In this document: positions 48,354 to 58,018 of the stretch, piece after piece
Position numbering within the stretch: position 1 is the first letter of the stretch
Layout of the letters: each line of letters begins with the position of its first letter
Assembly: GCA_902799455.1 (NCBI GenBank)
Contig: CADCAX010000007.1
Location: forward strand, 1,444 to 65,443
Length of the DNA: 64,000 bases
Origin: an uncultured Prevotellaceae bacterium
GTDB lineage: Bacteria > Bacteroidota > Bacteroidia > Bacteroidales > Bacteroidaceae
Direction of reading: 5' to 3'
Notes under the pieces: model-generated
Database searches by the model: none
The model's input: the letters and a program-made list of their open reading frames with translations, nothing else
Told to the model about the DNA's origin: nothing
Program-made: the position numbers and the translations under genes

Positions 48354-49142
48354 TTAGATTACGTTGAAATGTCGGAGGGCATTGAGAATGCCGTCGTCAT
48401 CTACAGAGGTGGTGACATAGTCGGCTTGCTGCTTCAGCGTATCTATGGCGTTGCCCATAGCCACGCCTATTCCTGCCTGAAGAATCATGGAACTGTCGTT
48501 GCCGCCATCTCCAAAGGCCATAGTGTGGCTGGGGTCGAAGCCCTCATGCTTGGCCATCGTAATGATACCCTTGCCTTTATCGGCACCATTAGCTGTGATG
48601 TCCGTGAATTCCGGATGCCAACGGCCTGAGATGCAATGCGGCAGACGTGCCAAAAGTTCCGCCTCATACTCTGCAGTAATGAATGGTGTCATTTGCAGGA
48701 TATCCTGCTTTAACACTTCCGACAACGGAGAAGCTTTGTCGAATTCCTTCACGGCTAGCATCTGGCGGAAGATGCGATAAACATCACCCGCAGGGTCAAG
48801 CACCGCTACATCCCTCCTGCCAACCACGATAAGGCTGTAGCCTTTCTCCTTAGCATCCTCCACACATGTCATCACATCCTCTTTAGGGATAGGCTGGCAA
48901 CATACAAGTTCGTCGCCTACATAGCACAATGCCCCGTTGGTGGAGATATATCCGTCGATAAGATGGGCTATGGAGCCAAGATTAGTAATGATAATAGGCG
49001 GTCGTCCCGTAGCGATATATACCCGCGAACCGTTCTTCTTGGCCTGAGTCAGCGCCTGTATGGTAGAGTCAGGTATCTCATGGGTCTTGAAACTCACGAG
49101 TGTCCCGTCAATATCGAAAAATAATGCGTATGAATTGTTCAT
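48354..49142 (-). CDS. Cof-type HAD-IIB hydrolase
   Basis: 'FDIDGTL', 'ATGR', 'NGA', 'FGDGGND', 'GVAMGNA'. Confidence 0.93.
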   Translation of the reverse strand: MNNSYALFFDIDGTLVSFKTHEIPDSTIQALTQAKKNGSRVYIATGRPPIIITNLGSIAHLIDGYISTNGALCYVGDELVCCQPIPKEDVMTCVEDAKEKGYSLIVVGRRDVAVLDPAGDVYRIFRQMLAVKEFDKASPLSEVLKQDILQMTPFITAEYEAELLARLPHCISGRWHPEFTDITANGADKGKGIITMAKHEGFDPSHTMAFGDGGNDSSMILQAGIGVAMGNAIDTLKQQADYVTTSVDDDGILNALRHFNVI

Positions 49143-49343
49143 CTTATTTCTATTTGCGATGCGAATATACCACTTTATTTCCGACTGACCAAATTATTTC
49201 CAAGAAATTTCCCCATTAGAGTCTTGAGTGGTGTATTCGTTGAAAGAATTAGCCCGTTTGTTGAAAAAATACTGATGAAAGGTTATTTCTGCTTATCTTT
49301 GCAGTCAAATAAACAATGTTTAATTTTTTTTCCGCAAACCACT

Positions 49344-49730
49344 ATGAAGAAACTACTAGTAACATTTCTGACAATCGGGACTTTGCAAACCGCATTTGCG
49401 TATGACTATCCCTACTTGCTATTCCAGACGTCAGACGGCAGCATGCAAGCCCTTGCTGTAGAAGAACTGACAATCTCCTTTGCTGACGGACAATTGGTAG
49501 CCACCAATGCTGATGGTTCACAGACATTTCCTCTTGCACAACTAAGCAAGATGTACTTCTCGGCAGACGACATCACAGACATCCAGACTGTAGAACAGAC
49601 GGCAGCAGACATTGACGAAACGACAGAGATATATGACCTGCAGGGACGTAAGGTGACACGCCAGCAGATGAGACAAGGAATATACATACTAAAATCTAAA
49701 AAGGGAATCCGTAAAGTTAACGTAAAATGA
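49344..49730 (+). CDS. Small secreted protein consisting of a short beta-rich module and a T9SS C-terminal domain
   Basis: Signal peptide MKKLLVTFLTIGTLQTAFA; 'IYDLQGRKV...GIYILK...RKVNVK'; ATGA overlap with the next gene. Confidence 0.85.
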   Translation: MKKLLVTFLTIGTLQTAFAYDYPYLLFQTSDGSMQALAVEELTISFADGQLVATNADGSQTFPLAQLSKMYFSADDITDIQTVEQTAADIDETTEIYDLQGRKVTRQQMRQGIYILKSKKGIRKVNVK

Positions 49731-51694
49731 AAAAGATATATACTAGTCTTTCTATGCTCGTGCTGACGATAGCAGCCGTGGCACAGACGCTGAACGTAAA
49801 CGTCGGCAATGTGACATATCAGTTTCCGGCTTCACAGACAGGTGACATGACATATAGTGAAGGAACGACTCTGACCATCATGGGCAAAACCTTCAACATT
49901 GAGGACATCAGCAGCATGAAGGTGGATGATACAGAAGTAAAGGACAACACGGTCAATGTGGCTTACAACGGTTCTTCTGCTACAGTAACAGTAGCCGGTA
50001 ATGTAGCACAGTATCTTACAGTAACCCAAAGCGGGGCGCACGTATCAATAGAGCAGAGCAGCGACCTGGCAGAAGAGATAACATACACCCTGAGCGGAAC
50101 GTCTACAGACGGTGAGTTCTATATGGCGGGTTCTTACAAAGCCACAATAGAACTGGATGGTGTGACACTAACGAATGTGACTCCTGTATATAGCGGTGCT
50201 GCAGTACACATCCAGAACGGTAAACGCATAAAGGTGAAACCACTTACCGGCACCACAAGCACCCTTACAGATGCTGCCGGCGGTTCACAGAAGGGATGTC
50301 TGTATATCAATGGGCATGCGGAATTTGCACAAAAGGGTACGCTGAACGTTGTAGGCAACGTGAAACACGGCATCAAAACGGGTGAATACTTCACTATAAA
50401 GAATTCTACCATCAACATCACCAGCGCTGTTGGCGACGGCATATCATGCAACCAGTTCTTCCTCATGGAGAGTGGTACGATAAACATCAGCGGAACAGGT
50501 GATGACGGCATACAATGTGATCTTGAGGGAACAGAATCAACTGGCGAGACAACAGAACACGAGGATGAGGATACAGGTAACTTCTACATCTCTGGTGGCA
50601 AAATCACCGTTAACTGTACCGCAACAGCTGCCAAAGGCATTAAGAGTGCCGGTGACATCAATATCACAGGCGGCACCTTCAACATCACTACCACAGGTGG
50701 CGGCACATGGGATACCGACGATCTGGAGACGAAAGCGGCTTGCGGCATCAGTGCAGATGGCAATATAAACATCAGTGGAGGCACAATAGCATCGACTGCA
50801 ACGGGTTCTGGCGGCAAGGGAATAAAGTGTGACGGCTTCCTGACAATAACAGACGGTGAAATAACAGTAAAGACCTCCGGAGGACTGTATTACAACAACG
50901 GCACAACAGAAAATTCCAACTATACCGGCAATACCGACAATGTGAACAGCGACTACTATTCTTCTCCGAAAGGAATAAAGGCTGGTTTGAAGACCCAAAG
51001 CGGCAATTCCTACACCTATAGCGGAGGCATCGTCATCACAGGCGGCACAATAGATGTCACAACAACAGGACGCAACGGTGAGGGGATTGAGAGTAAGAAT
51101 ACTATAGAAATTAGCGGAGGACAAATCACCGTCAATTCCTATGACGACGCTATCAATGCAGCACAGGACCTCACCATCAACGACGGCTACGTCTATGCTC
51201 ATGCCAATAACAATGACGGTATAGACACCAACGGCAACTGCTACATTAAGGGCGGACTGATATTTGCTATCGGAGCATCCTCACCAGAGGTAGGTATTGA
51301 TGCCAATAGCGAGGAACAGAAGAAACTCTACTTCACAGGTGGCACCCTCGTAGCAATAGGCGGACTGGAGTCCGGATCTAGCCTCAGTCAGGCATGCTAC
51401 TCCACTTCTTCATGGACAAAGAATACCTGGTACGCTCTTACATACGGCAATGAGACTTTCGCCTTCAAGACACCATCCAGCGGAGGTTCTGCTCTCGTAG
51501 TATCAGCTGCCTCTACCCCATCGCTGATGAAAGGCGTAACAGTATCTGACGGCACTAGCATCTTTGGAGGCGTAGGCTACACAGGAGCAACCGTTAGCGG
51601 AGGTTCAAGCGTCTCTCTCTCAAACTATTCTTCTGGTGGCGGAAACAACCCTGGCGGCCCTGGAGGCGGTGGAGGCCCAGGCGGAAGGTTTTAA
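49727..51694 (+). CDS. Carbohydrate-binding beta-helix protein (DUF4353 / Cthe_2159-like)
   Basis: Signal peptide; repeated 'GDGI/DDGI/KGIK/EGIESK/DDAINA/DGIDTNG' with 'ISGG.I.V' coils; Gly/Pro tail. Confidence 0.85.
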   Translation: MKKIYTSLSMLVLTIAAVAQTLNVNVGNVTYQFPASQTGDMTYSEGTTLTIMGKTFNIEDISSMKVDDTEVKDNTVNVAYNGSSATVTVAGNVAQYLTVTQSGAHVSIEQSSDLAEEITYTLSGTSTDGEFYMAGSYKATIELDGVTLTNVTPVYSGAAVHIQNGKRIKVKPLTGTTSTLTDAAGGSQKGCLYINGHAEFAQKGTLNVVGNVKHGIKTGEYFTIKNSTINITSAVGDGISCNQFFLMESGTINISGTGDDGIQCDLEGTESTGETTEHEDEDTGNFYISGGKITVNCTATAAKGIKSAGDINITGGTFNITTTGGGTWDTDDLETKAACGISADGNINISGGTIASTATGSGGKGIKCDGFLTITDGEITVKTSGGLYYNNGTTENSNYTGNTDNVNSDYYSSPKGIKAGLKTQSGNSYTYSGGIVITGGTIDVTTTGRNGEGIESKNTIEISGGQITVNSYDDAINAAQDLTINDGYVYAHANNNDGIDTNGNCYIKGGLIFAIGASSPEVGIDANSEEQKKLYFTGGTLVAIGGLESGSSLSQACYSTSSWTKNTWYALTYGNETFAFKTPSSGGSALVVSAASTPSLMKGVTVSDGTSIFGGVGYTGATVSGGSSVSLSNYSSGGGNNPGGPGGGGGPGGRF

Positions 51695-51737
51695 CCCCAA
51701 ACAGCCATTAAGGTAAAAAGATTATATTTTTCAGGAT

Positions 51738-51782
51738 AAAAAAAAGACCACTTCCCAAAAACAGGAAGTGGTCTCTTTTTTC
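51738..51782. terminator. Bidirectional intrinsic terminator
   Basis: AAAAAAGACCACTTCC-loop-GGAAGTGGTCTCTTTTT between convergent genes. Confidence 0.85.
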
Positions 51783-51792
51783 TGTATGAATT

Positions 51793-53802
51793 TTACATAT
51801 CATATTCCATCATCACCATCGTATAAGGCTCAAGGTCTATACTGAACTTCTTCTGTGCCTTTCCTGTCTCCTTCTTTGGAGCGACAGGCTGTTTATCGTA
51901 GTTATTCTCGTCGTCAGCCTTGCCTGTCAGAATTGTCTTTACGACATTCTTCTTTATCGGGAAGCGGCTCAGGTCGATGTCTGCCGTCTTCTTTTCGTCA
52001 GAAGCATTCACCAACTTCACATACAACTTACGCTTCTTCACGTTAAGTATCACGCTCTGTCCGTAGTGTACGTCTGCCTGAGGCTGCTCAACACCAGCAG
52101 CATCACCCTTGAACTGTACGCAGTCGCCATAGTAGTACTGTCCTGAAGACTGTCCGAACATCTGCTGTACGTAATAGCTGCATGTCAGGTAAGGACGTTC
52201 GTTATCGAAGTAGATAAGGTCCGGATTCCAGTTTGTACCATCCTTCTTTGCGAAGAGTGGTGCGTATGATGTCATGCATACGACATCGCCGTTGCGCTCT
52301 ACATGCAACAGATACAGTCCCTCTGCCAAAGCATCAATGAGTTTCTTGTCCTTTGCTGCATATTCTCCAAGATATACCTTTGTCTTTCGGTCACGTGGAT
52401 AGCTGTCATACTGGCGCTTGCCGAGGAAGTAGCTGTTTGGCTCATAGTAGTGCTCGTCGATGATAGGCATGCCAAGCTCCTCAGCCAGTTTCCATCCAGC
52501 CTCGAAGTCTTGATTGCCCGGATGTGAGCCAGGACCTGCAGTACCTACAATGACAATCTCAGGATGAGCCTTTGTCACGCGTTCATATATGTACTTAAAG
52601 CGTTCGCTGAACTCTGGAGATATCTTCTCCTCGTTGCCGATACCCAGATACTTCAGGTTGAAAGGCTTCGGATGACCAGCGTCAGCACGCATCTTTGCCC
52701 ACTTGTTAGTAGCAGGGTCACCATTAGCCCATTCTATGAGGTCAATAGCCTCGCTCACCCACTCGTCCATTTCAGACATTGGAACGACATCCTGGGCCTG
52801 AGTAGGCCACATATTCCAACCGCCGTTTGCTCCCTGGCAGCTTACGCCAGAAGGTAAAATAGGCACAGGCTCCATACCCAAGTCCTCACAGAACTGGAAG
52901 TACTCATAGAAGCCCAGTCCCATGCTCTGATGGTAACCCCATGTATTTTTCAGTCCCTTACGCTGCTCCTTCGGTCCGATAGTTGTCTTCCAGCGATAAG
53001 TGTCCCAAAAGCCGTCACCGCCACCATGTACCACGCATCCGCCCGGGAAGCGCATAAACTTAGGCTGCAGGTCTTCCAGCGCCTGAGCCAGATCCTTACG
53101 AAGGCCGTGACCCTTATATGTATCCTGAGGCATCAGCGATACCATATCAACATCGATGTCACCCAAGGTGAGTACAAGAATTTGCAGGGCTGCCTTCTTG
53201 CAGTCAGCATTAGGCACAAGGACAGCATTGTATTTCTGCCAGTTCTTGGCGTCAGCAGTTATGGAAGCCTCTGCCAGCAGTTTGGGGTCCTTACCCCACC
53301 CCTGTGGCTCTACGAGGGCAATACGTATCTGCTTTGCCTGACCATAGTTACGCAGGAATACAGAGAAGTCATATATGGCACCACTCTTCACGCTGATGCC
53401 GCTAAAGCCTTCGTTCTCAATACCGTAGCCCTTCCAGCCTTTATAGTCGGAATACTCCTTAACACGCTCTGTATGGAGTCTCATATAAGTAGGATTGTAG
53501 GCATGGATACCATTATCCTTCCTTACGTCGAGAGTACCCAGCGAGTGACCTGGACGTACCTGCTTCCATGCAGTGCCGGCACCCCAGCCATCCTTTTCTG
53601 CAGGAGAAAATTCAAACGAGCCGTTCTGTATGAGCTCAGCATACAGGCCTCCATCAGCACTTGAGCTGATATCCTCGAAGAAGATACCTAAAAGTTCGTC
53701 ACTGATAGCCTTACCACCCTTAGGGGCATTCATAGGCTTTTGGGCATTCATACCCAACGTTGCCGCCAACAGCAGCACAACACACGAGGTTAGTCTTTTC
53801 AT
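51793..53802 (-). CDS. GH51 alpha-L-arabinofuranosidase
   Basis: 'GIFFEDI..SADGGLYAEL', 'RFPGGC', 'GIGNEE', 'DEHYY', 'YLGEYA', 'SYAPL'. Confidence 0.93.
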   Translation of the reverse strand: MKRLTSCVVLLLAATLGMNAQKPMNAPKGGKAISDELLGIFFEDISSSADGGLYAELIQNGSFEFSPAEKDGWGAGTAWKQVRPGHSLGTLDVRKDNGIHAYNPTYMRLHTERVKEYSDYKGWKGYGIENEGFSGISVKSGAIYDFSVFLRNYGQAKQIRIALVEPQGWGKDPKLLAEASITADAKNWQKYNAVLVPNADCKKAALQILVLTLGDIDVDMVSLMPQDTYKGHGLRKDLAQALEDLQPKFMRFPGGCVVHGGGDGFWDTYRWKTTIGPKEQRKGLKNTWGYHQSMGLGFYEYFQFCEDLGMEPVPILPSGVSCQGANGGWNMWPTQAQDVVPMSEMDEWVSEAIDLIEWANGDPATNKWAKMRADAGHPKPFNLKYLGIGNEEKISPEFSERFKYIYERVTKAHPEIVIVGTAGPGSHPGNQDFEAGWKLAEELGMPIIDEHYYEPNSYFLGKRQYDSYPRDRKTKVYLGEYAAKDKKLIDALAEGLYLLHVERNGDVVCMTSYAPLFAKKDGTNWNPDLIYFDNERPYLTCSYYVQQMFGQSSGQYYYGDCVQFKGDAAGVEQPQADVHYGQSVILNVKKRKLYVKLVNASDEKKTADIDLSRFPIKKNVVKTILTGKADDENNYDKQPVAPKKETGKAQKKFSIDLEPYTMVMMEYDM

Positions 53803-53912
53803 GAATTATGTATTTTGGATTTTGTATTTTGGATTTTTTCTTCCGTTTGCAAAGATACTATTAAATTATAAAATATGCAAGGAAAAGTCAATTTTTCCAC
53901 TTCCTCGGACCA

Positions 53913-56324
53913 TTACTTCTTCGGGAATTTACCATTAATACTGCGATTAATGATAAGCATCACGTCCGACATACTGATTTTGCCATCCAGATTGGCATCT
54001 GCGGCATCTGCATTAAAGGATATCTCCGGATTGCCGAGAATATAGTTTGCTACAGATTTTGCATCATTCATATCTATCTTTCCGTCACCATTAGCATCGC
54101 CACGCAGATATGGTGGAATAAGATATATGCCTTTTATATTGGCATGACCGCCCCAACTTACCTTGATAGCATTCAGATGCATAAACGGATCAACCCGCTG
54201 ACTACCGCCGCCTTTACCGTCTGTTGTCTTCTTGTTCTTGAAGTCAGCCAGAGGTATGACGAGAGCCTCATATTCTGCATTCCAATATGGATCATTTTCA
54301 TTGAGTGTAGCGGTAATCTCCTTCCATTCGCCATTTTCAAACCAACGATTTGCTAAAAGGCGCACATTACCACCATAATTGCCACGTATCACGAGATACT
54401 CATACTTACTCAGGTCGGCAAACTTATTATATTCCACCCCTACGAGACCTGCAATAACATCTCCACCCTTTGTGAGATCCACATCCAGGTTCATTGTAGC
54501 ATTGGCAGAACCCATCGGAATTGCATCAGCATCATAGCCGTCCCACACATAGAACCAGTCTTGCTTCATCCTCACCCAATCGTCGGGTGCCTCATAATCA
54601 TCATAATCCAGATACTGCTTTATCTGCCTATACGTATTAGCCGTTCTTACTGGGAAATACTGTGTCAGCAGACGATTGCGCTCCGTCATATATGTATCGT
54701 CAACGTTATATACTGTAGATGCATAACTATAACCATTCGGAACATCACGGCGATAGTCACCCCATCGGGCTGCCTCAGCATATATTGCCTTCGAAATGGT
54801 ATTATACAAGCTGTCCCACACCTCTACTGCCGACTGCTGTCCCAACATGCCCTCATCACAAAGCAGTTCTTTAGCACGTTTCATGTAGCGTGTAACAAAA
54901 TCCTCATTTTTCAGCAAGGCATTGAAAATATATGTTGGACCAGGATTTTGGCTGTTGTATCTCGTGACGGCATTATACGTAGGAGAGGTGAATATAATCT
55001 CCGAATCCCAACACAGGAACTTGAAGCCCTCACTGTCAGTACCACGACGACGGATGGCATACCAGTTATGATGGTCCCAATCGTCATTGCCGGCATACTG
55101 ATTTATTATCATATAGTCGATAAAGTTGTCCTTGTCGAGCAAGGTGTCAAGTTTCTCATAGGCAGCCTCTGGCGACAGTTCATTTGACTGCCCTGCAACA
55201 GCCTTGACAGTCTCAAGCAGCTCGTAGTATGCATCCAATGTGCCCTCACCTGCCTCAAGATGGTTACCGCCTTCCTCTTCTATCTTAATGATGTCATAGT
55301 CGGACTTCTTACCACCGAAATGGTTTTTACCGAAGGTATCGTCCACACGTTCTGCTATATTGTAGAGTCCCCAATACATACCATTGAGAAACAAGTGTAC
55401 ATAGAGAGCATCAACACCTACATTGCTTATCTTGCGCTGCATACGTCGTGCCCATACGTCACGGGTATATTGGGCACTCTGACGATTGCCTTCAGCCCAA
55501 TGCTGCCAAGCGTTACCAAAATGACAACGCATAATTATCTGGTCGAACTTCTTCGGTCCTTTCTTTCCAAACAGTGGGTAATCCAGAGAAGACGGGCCGT
55601 AGGTCTTCTTGAACTGCAGGCGGAAAGAATGCTTCGGATTCTTCTCCGCTATTCGTCCGTGTCCGCCATGAAGCTTCAGACCACAGTCAATGGTGAGGTC
55701 ATGATTCTGTGGACCGCCAAAGAGTTCTGCACAGCATTGGCGTGTCCATCCGTTTCCTGTGGGGTCACCGATAGGAGGACCCGTAAAGATATATATACCA
55801 CCCTTCTCTTCATCATTCTCGTGGCTGAAAAGGTTGTCCTTATCCGTCACCACACTCAGGATAGGCAATTGCTTCAGACCTTCTATGATTTTTGGACGCA
55901 GGGTGGCATCAGTCGTCATCTCCTGATCCATCTCATAGTCGGCAACTGCAGTACCGTCAGTCGTGGTATATTTACCCCACGTATCAGGATATCCTTCAGG
56001 ATTATTCGGCTGACTCAGCACCGATGACACCATGATATAGCTGGCTGTCGTAATGCCAGAACTCCTACCTTCAACCACCTCTATAGCCCTAAGCAATGTC
56101 GTCTTCGTCAACGTCAGGGGCTCGGAATAGAGTGTACTCTCTGTTGTAGGCGTACTGCCATCGGTAGTATAGTAAATAGCAGCCCCTTCACTAGTAGGTG
56201 TTATCGCAACCGTTATGCTGTTCTCGTCATACAACCCATGCGGCATACTGAATGAAGGCTGTGCCATACCAACTGCTGCTGAAAGCAGCATACCCACAGT
56301 CAATAGAAAAATCCTTTTTACCAT
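53913..56324 (-). CDS. CotH kinase-family secreted protein with an N-terminal Fn3-associated/chitobiase-C domain and a C-terminal dockerin-like domain
   Basis: 'IYYTTDGSTPT'; 'PKHSFRLQF', 'LFLNGMYWGLYNIAER', 'DWDHHNW', 'WDSE'; GDANGDG/ADANLDG repeats. Confidence 0.85.
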   Translation of the reverse strand: MVKRIFLLTVGMLLSAAVGMAQPSFSMPHGLYDENSITVAITPTSEGAAIYYTTDGSTPTTESTLYSEPLTLTKTTLLRAIEVVEGRSSGITTASYIMVSSVLSQPNNPEGYPDTWGKYTTTDGTAVADYEMDQEMTTDATLRPKIIEGLKQLPILSVVTDKDNLFSHENDEEKGGIYIFTGPPIGDPTGNGWTRQCCAELFGGPQNHDLTIDCGLKLHGGHGRIAEKNPKHSFRLQFKKTYGPSSLDYPLFGKKGPKKFDQIIMRCHFGNAWQHWAEGNRQSAQYTRDVWARRMQRKISNVGVDALYVHLFLNGMYWGLYNIAERVDDTFGKNHFGGKKSDYDIIKIEEEGGNHLEAGEGTLDAYYELLETVKAVAGQSNELSPEAAYEKLDTLLDKDNFIDYMIINQYAGNDDWDHHNWYAIRRRGTDSEGFKFLCWDSEIIFTSPTYNAVTRYNSQNPGPTYIFNALLKNEDFVTRYMKRAKELLCDEGMLGQQSAVEVWDSLYNTISKAIYAEAARWGDYRRDVPNGYSYASTVYNVDDTYMTERNRLLTQYFPVRTANTYRQIKQYLDYDDYEAPDDWVRMKQDWFYVWDGYDADAIPMGSANATMNLDVDLTKGGDVIAGLVGVEYNKFADLSKYEYLVIRGNYGGNVRLLANRWFENGEWKEITATLNENDPYWNAEYEALVIPLADFKNKKTTDGKGGGSQRVDPFMHLNAIKVSWGGHANIKGIYLIPPYLRGDANGDGKIDMNDAKSVANYILGNPEISFNADAADANLDGKISMSDVMLIINRSINGKFPKK

Positions 56325-56449
56325 AATAATATATTCGTTTTTGTTATTTTTCCGACTGCAAAGGTACGTAATTATATATATATAAGGATTTTCTATTGTA
56401 ACATATATTGTTTCAGGTGTTACTTATTGATAGTTTCCATAATTTCCAT

Positions 56450-56490
56450 AAAAAAACTGCGGCAGTTACTCTTTATGAGCACTGTCGCAG
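56450..56490 (-). terminator. Terminator downstream of the lipoprotein gene
   Basis: CTGCGGCAGT / ACTGTCGCAG stem with a T-run on the minus strand. Confidence 0.6.
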
Positions 56491-56524
56491 CTGCTATTTT
56501 CTTACGAAGCGGAAACTTCGATTA

Positions 56525-57636
56525 TTATTTCTTCGTATTTGGGGCGTATAACGTGACTTTTTCGTCAGGACGCAGTGCACTTGTTACCTGTCCCTTTACA
56601 GTGCAAGGCTTGCCAAGCTTCACTACGCTGCTCTTGCTGAGCTGCTCCCAGATATCCTCTGTGGTGCAGTAGCTGTGAATCTCGATAGTCAGACCATCGT
56701 GGAAGTTCTGCTTCAGTTCCTGAATGAGTTCTGCAGGGATGTTTGATATCTCGATAGTGATGCCATTCTGGTCGTGAGTAACGGTATGAGTAAGGTTATA
56801 CTCCTTATAGTTGAAGTCAGAGGAATGTTGATAGTAACAGACTCTACGTCAGCACGGATGTGTACAGAAGTCTTGATTTCGTTCCAGTCCTGGTGTGTCT
56901 GCTGGTGTATGTCAATCTTTACTTCATTGAGCTGATCGTCATATGTGATTTCACTCTTGTTCTTAACCATATGTTCATCATCAACAATAACACCATTAAC
57001 GTGCCATCCGTTACGCATGCCAACCTCCTTAACAACATACCAGAGAACGTGCTTGTCAAGGTAGCCGGGATTTGCAGCCTCCAAGGCCATCCATTCATAA
57101 ACTTTATCAAGATTTTTCTTATTGTCATCTATCTCATCCTGCAGGATGTCAACAACCTTTGGAGCCTTCTTTATGGCAAACTGAGTCTTTAAACCAGCCT
57201 GATCAAGAACATAGCGGAACATACCAATGTTGTTGCCGGTCTTCTTGTCCTTCTGGTAATAATCCAGATCGCGGTCGTTGTAACGTCCGTATGGATAGAG
57301 GGTATATACCTCGCCCCTGTTACGTCCATCCTTGCCGGCAGAACGTCCGTAATAGAGTACAGAACTCTGGTCGATATAACCGGGAATATAGCCGTCAGCA
57401 CGAATAGAGAAACGGGCAGTCTCCCAACCCTCAACCGTGTTTACGTAAGGCCACTGGTATTCACCAAGGTAACTACGTGTCTCAGCAGTATTAGCGCCAA
57501 GCAACTGGCCCTGAACATAGATCTCTGTCTCGGGCAGATTAGAATTATCGATAGTGTTTGTGCTCTCATCACCGCTGTCACTTGAACATGCCACCATGAG
57601 TGGCAGAACGAAAAGTGCTGAAAAAATTTTTCTCAT
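56525..57636 (-). pseudogene. Lipoprotein of unknown function, frameshifted at ~56820
   Basis: Lipobox 'LMVAC-SSD'. After 'VTINIP' the coding-like sequence continues in another frame (DFNYKEYNLTHTV...APNTKK*, stop 56527-56525), just ahead of a terminator. Confidence 0.75.
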
Positions 57637-57878
57637 AGTCATAATTCCTCTTGAAAATAAAATTTCGGGCGCAAAGTTAGTCATTTTTTCTAATACCACC
57701 AAATAAAAAACCATAAAAATGTAATTTTTAACTTTCGGTTGTTCTTAATCTTAACAGGAACACTTAATAAAGAACTTTGCAGGTAAGGACATTTTTTTTG
57801 TTATAAGCCTATGGATTTTTGTGGGTATCCTGTCAGAAAATCTTTTTCTCCTCGATATATTTTCCGTTCGCGGACCGA

Positions 57879-57946
57879 GAACTCATGTTCCAGGGCCGCG
57901 AACATATGTTCAAGGTCTGCGAACATATGTTCAAGGACCTTGAACA
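57879..57946. repeat. 21-bp tandem repeat containing the palindrome GAACATATGTTC
   Basis: Units start at 57879, 57900, 57921 and 57942 (partial). Confidence 0.85.
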
Positions 57947-58018
57947 GAAAAAGTATAACATGGAAAATAAAAATCCACTTAGTAGAAAAATAAAAAACAA
58001 TAGGGAAGCAGAAAAAAA

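Noticed and set aside
57879-57946. Possible mini-CRISPR (palindromic repeats)
   Set aside because: The period is only 21 bp, the intervening 9-mers resemble each other, and there are no cas genes.
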